DNA of 64,000 bases, taken from the IMG/VR virus record IMGVR_UViG_3300037418_002133, positions 1-64,000 of that record; one strand, written 5' to 3'. Source of the stretch: a virus. The notes beneath the pieces are model-generated. The model did no database searches, was not told the origin of the DNA, and worked only from the letters and a program-made list of their open reading frames with translations. A program made the position numbers and the translations under genes. Positions 28,090 through 37,900 of the stretch are shown piece after piece (the stretch's first letter is position 1; each line of letters opens with the position of its first letter).

Positions 28090-28505
28090 TATTGCACCGG
28101 GACTTTATAGACGACGTAGGCAATCGACTGGCCGAAATAGTGTGTAGTGCTTCCATCCCAATAATTATATGGGAGGCCGGTGAAGCCCGTTCGGGTAATC
28201 GATTGTTTGTATCCAGCGATGGAACGATCAGATACCGATCCAACATAATCGTCATAGATCACGCCCCCGACATATTGTCGGACGTCCATAAAGGGAATGT
28301 ATCCAAGATCTGCAAACGAGACTGCGGGACCGTTCAGAAGATCAGCAACACCAACCTTGTGAATTCTCACAATGTTGGACCAATTACTGTCGAAGGAAAT
28401 ATATGCAGGGTCGTCTGGAGCCGTCAGAGCGTCGTAGCCCGGCCGCGCCGTCCGAAGTCGAACGGTGCCGTCACCCATCTGGCCGATAACAACACGCCGG
28501 CTCAT
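28089..28505 (-). CDS. Small tail-tip protein (paralog 1)
   Basis: MSRRVVIG...PGYDA N-terminus. Confidence 0.65.
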   Translation of the reverse strand: MSRRVVIGQMGDGTVRLRTARPGYDALTAPDDPAYISFDSNWSNIVRIHKVGVADLLNGPAVSFADLGYIPFMDVRQYVGGVIYDDYVGSVSDRSIAGYKQSITRTGFTGLPYNYWDGSTTHYFGQSIAYVVYKVPVQ

Positions 28506-31500
28506 GTGTTATCCCAAATCTCAATACGTCCTTCGTTAAGGTACTGACGAATGACGTTGTTCTGACTCAGGATTGTGCCGGCCGTGACCGTGCCCAAATT
28601 CGCCGTGATCGAACTAAGAGCCGAGACAATGAGCTTGCTGGCCGCGATCGTACCGTCGACGATCAGATCGCCGCGAAGCTGCAAGGTGTAGGAAACACTT
28701 CCATCCAGACGTCGAACGCCTGTGAAGACGAAGCCGCCCGTGGTGCCGTCGATCGTGCCTATGACGCCGTACTGAACCTTGACGCCATCGACACTCGTGG
28801 TGAGTGTTGAAATGTTCGAGGTATGACCGTTAACGGTTGTCGAGAGCGACGAATATTGACCGGACAGGGCGCTATCGGCGTTCGCGCGGGTCGTAGATTC
28901 GGTCGACAAACTGGCATTGGTCGACGAAATCTTGCTGTTGTAGTCCGAAACAGCATTGGTGATCTGCGTCGTGAGAGCCGTGTCGGCATCTGCACGAGTG
29001 GTCTGTTCGGTCGCAAGCGTGGCATTTGTCGAGACGATTGATGCATTCGCATCGGCGATTTTGCTGGTGTAGTCGGAGATCGCTGTGTTGAGTTGGGTCG
29101 TCAGCGCTCCGTCGGCGTTAGCGCGTGTCGTAGATTCGGACTGCAACGCGGCCTTGGTCGAGACAATTTCTGCGTTCGCCGCGTCAATATCGGTTGTAAA
29201 CTGCGAAATCGCGCTGTTGATCTGGACGGTCAGGGCTTCGTCAGCCGTCGAGCGCGCAAGCTGTTCGGCCGCAATCGCTGCGATAATTGTAGTGTTGACC
29301 GTGACTTCGAGGATCTGACGGCGAACGGCTTCTGCGTAGTCTCCTTCAATACGTGCAGACGTCTCCTCAGCCACGATCGCGCTGAGTTTATCGGTCTTTA
29401 CGGACAGCTTTTGCGTGGTTCGCTTGTGCAGTTCATCGTTGTCGTCGCGATCGGCAATGACCTGTGCCAGGACGCCGGCAATCTGGTCGCTGATATCCTC
29501 GGCCGTCTTCTCAAGAACAGGGATCGTCACCTGCCCCTTGGCTTCGATCAGAGCCGGAACAACTTCGGCGAGCGTCGAGGTCAGGTCGCTAATGTCGATC
29601 TGTTGCTGGTCAGAGACCAGAAGACCAATCTTGCCGAAGGCATCATAGAGGGCAACGCGCACGTACCATCGGCCGTTGTCGACCCAGACAACCGTGTTTG
29701 TGTCCGGCCCGTCATACTTCAGCGTCGAGGCGTCAGGCGTAAAGCCATTGACCTTCGAGGCCCAGACCAAGGCGCCGGCATAGTCATTGTCGGTATTGAT
29801 CCACGACACATCGATCGAGCCGATATCGGCACGCATGGTCGGAACGATCTTGGCTGGAACCGGGTTCGAAACAGTGATCGACGCGCGGTCGGACTCGCGC
29901 CCGGTCACGTTGAGGGCACTGACGTCGATACGGAGCGTGCGGCGCGGCCCGCCGTCGTTCAAATTGTCTTCGTAGGAATAGGTGTATTGGGGATCGGTGA
30001 CGCGCTCGGTGCGGAGCAGCGTCGATGTCACCGGGTCATAGACCCGAACAATGTTGGTGACGGGATACTGGACAAAGTCCGGCGGGAACACGTTGATCCA
30101 GGTGAGCGTCGGCGCCCTACCCGAGAACGTGTCGCCGCCTTCGAGAGTCTTGAGGTCACTCGGCAACGGTCCATCAACGGCCTGCCAGCCCTGCACCGAG
30201 ACCGTGTATTGCGTCGGCACCGAACTGGCGCCACTGTGCGAGCGCGCCGAAATATAGAACGTCCAATCGCCCGCGACCGGATCGTTGATGTCGATGCTGG
30301 GGTAGCGTGTGGTCGGGAACGCCTGGAAACCACGCGGCGAATCCGCGGTGATGTTATAGGCATCAACCATGAAGTCGTTGGGCGGCGTCCAGGAGATCGT
30401 CAGCCGCGAATGCGACACGCCATTCTGGAAATAGCGGCTTTCAACCGACGTGACGTTGATCGGCTGGCGGATGATATCGCGCGGCCGAGTGTACTGGATC
30501 GGCTCCAGCACCACGTTCTGCTCGACGCGAGCAAACTTGTTCGGATCGTGGAACAACGCCGTCACCTTGAACAGGTGCGTGTCGGTCTCCTCGACAGCCA
30601 TGACGCGGTAGCGGCGAGCGTTCAGGTCGACGGCTTCCAAAATAAAGTCAGAACTGACTTGCGGAAGCTGTGAAAACGGAGCTTCGAGGGTCAGCGTCTT
30701 GTTGCCGTTCGAGAAACCGCTGATGTTGCGCTTCTCCATCGTGCCGTCGGGCATCATACAGGTCAGCGAATAGCTCTGGGCGCCGGGTGCGAACGGCGCA
30801 TCCATGACCACCTGAGAGGTCGAAGTGACCTGTGCGAGGCGCCCGCCGGTACGGAAATTGCCAGTCTTGGCGGGATCCGACACCAGGATGATATCGCCGG
30901 GCTTCAGCGCCTGATTGTTCTTCAGGACATAGCCATCCCAGGACATCGTGAATTGGACTGTCTCAGTCTCATTCTGCTCGGTATCGAGGATCCATTTGCC
31001 GAAGCGATGCGCCTGCCCGCGCGAGGTGCAGCCGGTCAGTGGCACATCGACTTGGCGCCAGCCGAATTTCGTCAGCATGGCGTCGTTCTGAACAACCTCC
31101 ATCGCCGGCTGATACAGCGCCTGTGGGTCGTTCCAGGTGATCATGGCGACCGAATGCCGTGCCTTCAGCGCGGTGCCGGAATAGTTGAAATTGCCGTCAA
31201 TGACGTTCGCCGGCGTGATGACCGAGACCGGGTCTGCCGGCATATCGGCAGAGGCAAAGACCTGCCCCAGCGACCAGTAGGCCATGCCGCGGAAGGCCGT
31301 CGTAATGTTTTGCAGCACCTTATAGGCTTCATCCCGATTGTTGATGACGCCGTTGAAGGTAAAGCGCGGCTCGTAGGTCGGATTGCCGAACTGGTCCCGA
31401 AAGCCGGATGGGATGGTCTGGTCGCAATACTGCGCGATCTGATAGAGCGACCACTTGTCGACCAGCGACGGATCGACAAACTCGCCGAGACCATAGCGGT

Positions 31501-32377
31501 TATTGGTGATCAGATCCCAGAACACCCAGGCAGGGTTGTTATGCCACTTCTTGACGAAGGTGCCGTCCCAGATGCCGGTATAGGTTCGTGCGATCGGATC
31601 GTAATTCGACGGCACGTCGGTCTTCAGCCCCTTGACGTGATAGCTGCGCGTTCCGAGGCTATTGCCGAACTTCTCGCCGTCGACCTGCAATGCCACCAAG
31701 GCGGTGTAGGGATACTGGTAATGCCCTTTGACCTGAGCGATATAGCTCTCCCAGAACAGGTCGTTCTGGAGCGTCACTTCGGTCGAATCCGCGGTGTTGC
31801 GGACGATGCGAATATCGAATGATTCCGTCCCCGTGCCGAACGGGCGCGTGACCAGCGTGACACGATTGTAAGGGCTTGTGCATTTCTGACCACGAATGTC
31901 GACCGTCTCAACGGTAACCCACGCGCCGCCGGTTGCGCGCACTTGAACGGTCCACGACAGATCCGTGCCGGTCAGGTCGCCATTGTCCTTGTTCTGGTAC
32001 GCCAGAGCCGGAATGCGCGCGACGACCAAGACCTGATCGGCCTGTTCGGCAACAGTTCGCACGATTGGAATGCCGTATTTAACCTGTTGCTCGACGTTGA
32101 CGGGCGTGCCTGTCTTGGTGTTGCCAAGGAGCGGCTCCTGAGTTGGCAAACCGACGCGCGTGTCAAAGACGACGCCTTCGCGGTTCATCGAGCCGTCGAA
32201 GTTCTGAACCGGCATATTGTCGAAATAGATCGACTTCAAACCGTCGACCAAGCCGACGATCTCGCCCTCGCCCAGCGCCTCGACGATCGACACGACTGTC
32301 TTGGATTGCAGAGTGTTGGGAGATTCTGTGCCTCCGCCCCCGCCGCCCTTGCTGCTCTTTTGGCCGGTGACGATCAT
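28502..32377 (-). CDS. Central tail tip/host specificity protein (lambda gpJ-like)
   Basis: EGEIVGL, YPYTAL, NNPAWVFWDLITNNRYGLG, EPRFTFN, GCTSRGQAHR; ATG at 32377. Confidence 0.93.
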   Translation of the reverse strand: MIVTGQKSSKGGGGGGTESPNTLQSKTVVSIVEALGEGEIVGLVDGLKSIYFDNMPVQNFDGSMNREGVVFDTRVGLPTQEPLLGNTKTGTPVNVEQQVKYGIPIVRTVAEQADQVLVVARIPALAYQNKDNGDLTGTDLSWTVQVRATGGAWVTVETVDIRGQKCTSPYNRVTLVTRPFGTGTESFDIRIVRNTADSTEVTLQNDLFWESYIAQVKGHYQYPYTALVALQVDGEKFGNSLGTRSYHVKGLKTDVPSNYDPIARTYTGIWDGTFVKKWHNNPAWVFWDLITNNRYGLGEFVDPSLVDKWSLYQIAQYCDQTIPSGFRDQFGNPTYEPRFTFNGVINNRDEAYKVLQNITTAFRGMAYWSLGQVFASADMPADPVSVITPANVIDGNFNYSGTALKARHSVAMITWNDPQALYQPAMEVVQNDAMLTKFGWRQVDVPLTGCTSRGQAHRFGKWILDTEQNETETVQFTMSWDGYVLKNNQALKPGDIILVSDPAKTGNFRTGGRLAQVTSTSQVVMDAPFAPGAQSYSLTCMMPDGTMEKRNISGFSNGNKTLTLEAPFSQLPQVSSDFILEAVDLNARRYRVMAVEETDTHLFKVTALFHDPNKFARVEQNVVLEPIQYTRPRDIIRQPINVTSVESRYFQNGVSHSRLTISWTPPNDFMVDAYNITADSPRGFQAFPTTRYPSIDINDPVAGDWTFYISARSHSGASSVPTQYTVSVQGWQAVDGPLPSDLKTLEGGDTFSGRAPTLTWINVFPPDFVQYPVTNIVRVYDPVTSTLLRTERVTDPQYTYSYEDNLNDGGPRRTLRIDVSALNVTGRESDRASITVSNPVPAKIVPTMRADIGSIDVSWINTDNDYAGALVWASKVNGFTPDASTLKYDGPDTNTVVWVDNGRWYVRVALYDAFGKIGLLVSDQQQIDISDLTSTLAEVVPALIEAKGQVTIPVLEKTAEDISDQIAGVLAQVIADRDDNDELHKRTTQKLSVKTDKLSAIVAEETSARIEGDYAEAVRRQILEVTVNTTIIAAIAAEQLARSTADEALTVQINSAISQFTTDIDAANAEIVSTKAALQSESTTRANADGALTTQLNTAISDYTSKIADANASIVSTNATLATEQTTRADADTALTTQITNAVSDYNSKISSTNASLSTESTTRANADSALSGQYSSLSTTVNGHTSNISTLTTSVDGVKVQYGVIGTIDGTTGGFVFTGVRRLDGSVSYTLQLRGDLIVDGTIAASKLIVSALSSITANLGTVTAGTILSQNNVIRQYLNEGRIEIWDNT

Positions 32378-33054
32378 GAGAGCGGGATCCCGAATTCGCC
32401 GCCGATCCAGCCAACGATCGGATTGGTGACCCCCTTGTAGGCCCCGATATCCTCGATGTTGGCGTCGAACGACACACCGGTCGAGCCGACCAGGCACTCG
32501 CCATAGATCAACTGAATCGCTTCGCCCTGTTTACCGGTATTGGTCGGGCCGCTGATGTTGTAGGAGGTATCCTTCTGGGTCGACGCGGGCTTGGACAGCA
32601 ATGTAGCGGCGCCAGCGAGTGTCAGGCCCAGACCGACGACGGCGATCTGACCCCAGGTGATACCCATGGTGTTGCCGAAGACGGCCGTTCCCAAGCCGCT
32701 GAGAGGCGATGCCAGCGTGCCACCCGACATGAAGATTGCGCCGCCAATCAGAGCAACGCCAAGGATCGTCTTGACGACCCCCTTGCTGTTGCCGGCGCCC
32801 TTGGCGACCGGGATCAGGTGAAGATCAGCCAGGCCAAGATTGAGCGTGTTGACGAGATCGAGGTCGAGCGACATGCCGCTACGCTTGTCGCCGCGAATGA
32901 GCTTGTAGGAGCCCGTCTGCAACGCCCCGACAAAGTCACCAGGGAATGCGCAATTCAACGCACGTAGCGCCTCGCCAGCCGTCTTGACGTCGAATTTGAA
33001 CGAGGGGCCGAACTGTTTCTTGAGCCGGCCGTGAAGATGAACGGTACGCATCAT
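32374..33054 (-). CDS. Tail assembly protein I-like
   Basis: HLHGRL..FG, IPVAKGAG, YGECLVGS. Confidence 0.88.
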   Translation of the reverse strand: MMRTVHLHGRLKKQFGPSFKFDVKTAGEALRALNCAFPGDFVGALQTGSYKLIRGDKRSGMSLDLDLVNTLNLGLADLHLIPVAKGAGNSKGVVKTILGVALIGGAIFMSGGTLASPLSGLGTAVFGNTMGITWGQIAVVGLGLTLAGAATLLSKPASTQKDTSYNISGPTNTGKQGEAIQLIYGECLVGSTGVSFDANIEDIGAYKGVTNPIVGWIGGEFGIPLS

Positions 33055-33851
33055 TGTTTCGGCCCCTCGTAGCGGAGCCAGATGTCAGCGGCGCGCGCCC
33101 ACAGGCCGGCGGGGTTTCGCGCGCTGATCGTGGTCGGCAGATGATGCAGGATCTGGTCGTGTTCGAGCAGAACCCCGCCATGATTGACGCGCTGTTGCGG
33201 ATTGGCCTGGCGATCGCCGAGCTTCATCAGGAAGACGTCGCCGGCGCGGGCTTCGGGCCGGGTAATCTCGCGAAAGCCAAACTTGGCGAAATTCGCCATA
33301 TAGAGATCGTCGTCGGTCTTCCACCAACCATCGCCGCGCGGCACCTCGGGCAGCTTGATCGGGTCAAACGGCCAGTAGACCGTTTCGGGCAACAGGTTTT
33401 CGCGCCCAAGACGGTAGACGTCACGGATCATCGCATAGCAGTCGAACACGCCATGCAGGAACGGGCGCGAGATCACAGGTGCGATCGGCAAACCGTCGCC
33501 CCAGGCAATGAGTTGGCCGAAATCATCCTCGTTGAGCGGGATGATAATCCACGGCACGTCGGTCTCGATCTGCTGCACCATGTCGAGGTGCGAGGGGTAG
33601 ATCGGGCCATTCGGGTGGGAATGAACGATCGCCTTGACGGTGCCGGCGCGGATCGCCTCGTCAAATCGTTCGTCGTTGATCTCGAAGTGGGTTTCGGGTT
33701 TGGGATGGCAATTACGACAGGCGACGTATTTGCCGTCCGCAATGAAACCGCAGCTCTCCTGCGGAAAGACCTCGCGCGCGTGAGCTTTCGCCGCCTCGAC
33801 AGCGGCGTAACCCATCAGACCGACAATTTTGGCGCGATAGGCGTCAATCAT
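33051..33851 (-). CDS. Tail assembly protein K-like (JAB plus NlpC/P60)
   Basis: ESCG, HSHP..PS..D, FDCY, NHGGV, ILHH. Confidence 0.9.
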   Translation of the reverse strand: MIDAYRAKIVGLMGYAAVEAAKAHAREVFPQESCGFIADGKYVACRNCHPKPETHFEINDERFDEAIRAGTVKAIVHSHPNGPIYPSHLDMVQQIETDVPWIIIPLNEDDFGQLIAWGDGLPIAPVISRPFLHGVFDCYAMIRDVYRLGRENLLPETVYWPFDPIKLPEVPRGDGWWKTDDDLYMANFAKFGFREITRPEARAGDVFLMKLGDRQANPQQRVNHGGVLLEHDQILHHLPTTISARNPAGLWARAADIWLRYEGPKQ

Positions 33852-34573
33852 GATCCAAGCCGCTCGATGCCGGGAAAGCCCGCGAACGGCAGGGCGGCGT
33901 CTTCGCCGAAGCGAAGTTTGCAATCTGCGACGCGACGACCGCAGCTATCGAACGGCGCCGTGGTTGGCTGACCTGTCGACGTCCACGCGGAGGAGCCGGT
34001 GTAGGGACACGGCATAGTCTCGGAATAGAGGTAGCCGTCCGGGTTGGCCTTTGGATTGGTTGGATCCCAGATTCGATAGCGCTGGGTGCAAATGTCGCGA
34101 ATGTATTGCCGACCAGGCAGCATCTTGCCTTCCTGGTCGATCGCCGCCGACAACTCCCACTCGATGAAGTTCTTGTTCTCGTCGGACTTTCGCTCGATAC
34201 GGAAGACGTCGGGTCCGACAAAGGCCGTACCGTCGGCTTCGGGCGCTCCATCGAGAAAGCGCGCAAAAGTGCGAATTCTACGCACTTCGCAACCGCACAG
34301 ATCGCCGTAGTTGTTGACGAGGCCCTGAATGACAGTGTCGGAGTTGGCAATCTGCATCTTCGGCGTCGGCAACACGCCGCCGGCATTGGTCTTGAAATCA
34401 CTGACCACGATATCGATCGGCGCGTAAACCTGACCGCCGAAACTGACGCCTGCTCCGTTCTTGGAGGCTTGCGTGAAATAGTAGACGCTCGCCTTGGCTT
34501 TCGTCGCATCAAGACGGAACAGAAGAATTTCCTCGCCCGGATCGAGCGACTGTGAAGTGGACGTTAGTGACAT
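33848..34573 (-). CDS. Minor tail protein L-like
   Basis: RTFARFLDG, C..Y, CGRRVADCKLRFG..LPFAGFP. Confidence 0.9.
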   Translation of the reverse strand: MSLTSTSQSLDPGEEILLFRLDATKAKASVYYFTQASKNGAGVSFGGQVYAPIDIVVSDFKTNAGGVLPTPKMQIANSDTVIQGLVNNYGDLCGCEVRRIRTFARFLDGAPEADGTAFVGPDVFRIERKSDENKNFIEWELSAAIDQEGKMLPGRQYIRDICTQRYRIWDPTNPKANPDGYLYSETMPCPYTGSSAWTSTGQPTTAPFDSCGRRVADCKLRFGEDAALPFAGFPGIERLGS

Positions 34574-34615
34574 GAACACCCATCTGGTACTGACCTAATA
34601 TAAGTCAGAACTGAC

Positions 34616-34963
34616 TTATGTTTCAAGGCTAAAGTCTTCCACGAATGTTGCGGTTACCTGATTGGGCGTCTGCCAGGTTCGCGACCATGTCTCGCATGTC
34701 CACTTCCGGGTGACGCCATCGCGCAGCGCGTAATAGAACGGCGTTGTTCCGCCGTGTGCCTCGAAGAACGCAACAATGGTATCCGCATCAGCTTCGAGCA
34801 GAGAATCCCAGGTCAGCGTCGTGCTCTGCCGGATATGGTTGAGACCATCCGGCATTCGCTGAGTGTAGCCGTCGCCGAATTCAGCCTTCTTGATCTTGAC
34901 GATCGGCGTCGACTTCGTGCCGGGGCTTTGCTTAATCGGCGGATTGAAGGTGTCCAGTGCCAT
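34616..34963 (-). CDS. Minor tail protein M-like (distal tail)
   Basis: FGDGYTQR.PDGLN. Confidence 0.9.
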   Translation of the reverse strand: MALDTFNPPIKQSPGTKSTPIVKIKKAEFGDGYTQRMPDGLNHIRQSTTLTWDSLLEADADTIVAFFEAHGGTTPFYYALRDGVTRKWTCETWSRTWQTPNQVTATFVEDFSLET

Positions 34964-34965
34964 CG

Positions 34966-37900
34966 TTACCTCGCCAGAATCCCGCCGGGTCGGGTCTGCA
35001 TCCGAATTTCGTCGCCCATCATGCGGCGGATATGATCCATCGCGGCGCGACCGACCGCCTCGCCCATTTTCTGATGATCAGCGTCGGTCATGCCGGCGCT
35101 GCCCTGCACAGTCACGGCGACGGTCGGCGAAAACACGGTCCCGCCCCCGCCGTATTGCTTGGCGAGATTTGCCGGCCAGTCGACCTGTTCGCCGCGCTTG
35201 GCGATGATCGGGATTTCGTCGCCGCTCAGGGTCAGGCCACCGGTGCCGCCGTGGAAACGACTGGCGCCGGCGAACAATGCGGGACTGACCGATCGATACG
35301 GCATCATGGCGCCGGCAAGACCGCCTGTGTGGTGCATTGCCGGCAGAATGTTCATCGGGGCGCTACCGCCCTTACCGAGCGACTTGCCGCCCGTCGGGAT
35401 ACCGAGCATGTTGCTGATCAACTGGCCGAAAGCACCCTTGATGGCGATGCTGGCGAGGCTCTTGGAGATCGACGCGGCAAGATCTGCGAAGTTCGCCTTG
35501 CCGGTCGTGACGAAGTCGGCGAGTTTGTCCGCGGTCTGGTCGAGCCAGTTGGCGCCGGCCTGGTAGATGTTCTTGCCGAAATCGCTCCAGTCTTTCATCA
35601 GCTTACCCATCGGATTGAGGGTAAACTGCTGGGCGCGCAGGGCGCGAATGTTGCGCTCGACCATCTGTTCGACGCGAACGCGATCTTCGCCCGTGCCCTG
35701 ATAGAGCGCGAGGTATTGCTGGTTACGGCGGATATCGTCCTGATAGGTCTTCTCTCGTTCGCCGTCGACCGTCATCAGGCTGCGTTCAATAGCAATCGTC
35801 TTCTGTTGCTCGGTCTTGAGCGCTTCCTTGATCTCGTTGTCGCGGAGCATCGCGATCTGAGCCTTGCGACCCTCAAGGAACTTGTCCGATGTCGCCTGAT
35901 CGGTGACACCGGTGCTGACGGCCTTCTGCTGATCGGCTGTCTCACGCGCCAAACGACGCAATTCGGCATAATACTTCGAGCTGAAATGGAGCTTTTGCTC
36001 GTCGCGCAATTGCTGATCGAGGTCGTTCTGCTTTTCGAGCAGGCTTATATCCTCTGCGGCCTTGCGATCGGCTGCGGATTGCAACGCCGTGCGCAGCTTC
36101 TTACGCTCGGCATATTTAGCATCTGATTCATCAAGTGCCTGGGCCGCGGCCAACAGATCCTTGAAGATCGGATCATCTGGGTTCTTATTGGCGACGCCGG
36201 ACGGCCCCTTGCCGTTCATGATGTCGGCACGCACCTGGGCGAGATTGCTCAGTTTGCCGGCGTCTGCTGTAGCGTTCTCGATCACGCCGTTGAGGTATTT
36301 CCGGGTACGCTCGTCGAGCGCCTGTGCGGCGTCGAATGCCTTCTTGGCCAGTTCCTTTTGAGCGGTATCGTCGAGCGCGGCCTGCTGTTCAGGTGTCAGC
36401 GCCGGACCAGATGTACGCGGCCCGCCAATGGGAGTTGTGCCGCTGCCGACCTGACGAAGCGCCCAGGCTTTCAGATCGCCGACGGTCGTGATGTTCTTGA
36501 ACACCTCGTAGTTCTTGCGAATAGCCTCGGTCAGGATCGGGATCGACCGAACCAGCGTCTCGTCAGACTGCGACAGTGCGGCCGAAGCGCCCGCCGGGCC
36601 AAGGAAATGCCCGAGGCGCAGGTTGGCGTCAGTCGGCTCAATGCCGTTCTTCCGGAATTCGGCCGCACTTTTTCCCATCAGCCATTGCGTCGCCTGTCGG
36701 GCCAATTCGCTGTCGGAGCGCAGCGCGAGCGCAGCTTCACGCCCGCCGGCGAGCAGATCCTTGTGCGTCTCGGTCAGGAAGGCGAGCCAGGTCTTTTCGA
36801 TGAATTGACCAGGACCGGACGCGGTCGAATTGGGGTTCTTGATGTCGCGCCCGCCGCTCTCACGGTTGATGATGCGATCGGTCAGGGAGTTGCCGCTTGA
36901 AAACGACGGCAGCGAAAATGCGCCGCCAGACGCACCGGCGCCGCCCTTGATATTGGACAGGTTCTGAAAGCCGGTTGCCGCACGCTGAAGCAGATTGACG
37001 ACGGCGCCGCCCGGCTCCATCAGACTGTCGAAGACGCGCTTCATTTCGGAGCCGGCTTCGGCCGCACCGCGACCGATATCGCCCCACTTGTCCTTGATCT
37101 GCTGAAGCTGGGTCTTGCCGTTGAAGACGCCCTCGCGCAACTGGATCATGAACCGTTGCGTGCCGCTCAGTTTGTCGCCACCCGCAGCCTTGATCTTGGC
37201 TTCGGCCATGTCTTCCGTTGCCTTCTGATTGAGGCGCTGGATCTCGGCGTTGATCTTGTTCTGAGCGTTGATCTTCTGGGACAGTTCGTCGTGAACTGCC
37301 ATTTCCTTCTTCAGGTTTTCGATCTGCTCCTTAATGTCGGCGTTCGACAGTGGACCGACGTAGTTCTTCTTGGCGACCGCCTCCTCGATCATGAACAGTA
37401 ATTTGGCCATGTCGCTGGAAGCGCCAGCCAATTCGGCGCGCATCCCGGCGTTCGACCCCTTCAGATCGTCAGTCTTGGCCTTTGCGCGCTCCAACAGCTT
37501 GTCGAGGTTGATACTCTTGTCGATCTCGACCGGTTTCGCCGCCAATTCGCGGATGCGGATCATCTGCTCGCGAAGCGCGCCCTGCTTCTTGATCAGGTCG
37601 AAAACGTATTTGTCCTGTAGGCTGATGGCCCGCGCATCGCCGTCCTCTGCAAGCGCATTAATCGCGTTGATGCGATCCTCGTAAATGTCGTACTGGGCTT
37701 GCAGTTGATCGACGAGAGCCTTTTTGTGCTCCTCGCTGTATTTGGCCTGAATTGCGGAAATATCGCCGCGATTCTTGTTGGCCTCCTTAAGCTCGTCATC
37801 ATAGGCTTTGGAGCGGATCTTCGCCTGAGCGTCATACGATTTCTGAATTTGTCGGATTTCACCGTCGAGCTTATCCTGCTCCTCGCGCGCGATATTCTCG

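Noticed and set aside
18822-32377. Diversity-generating retroelement or invertible tail-fibre switch
   Set aside because: No reverse transcriptase, invertase or template/variable repeat pair seen
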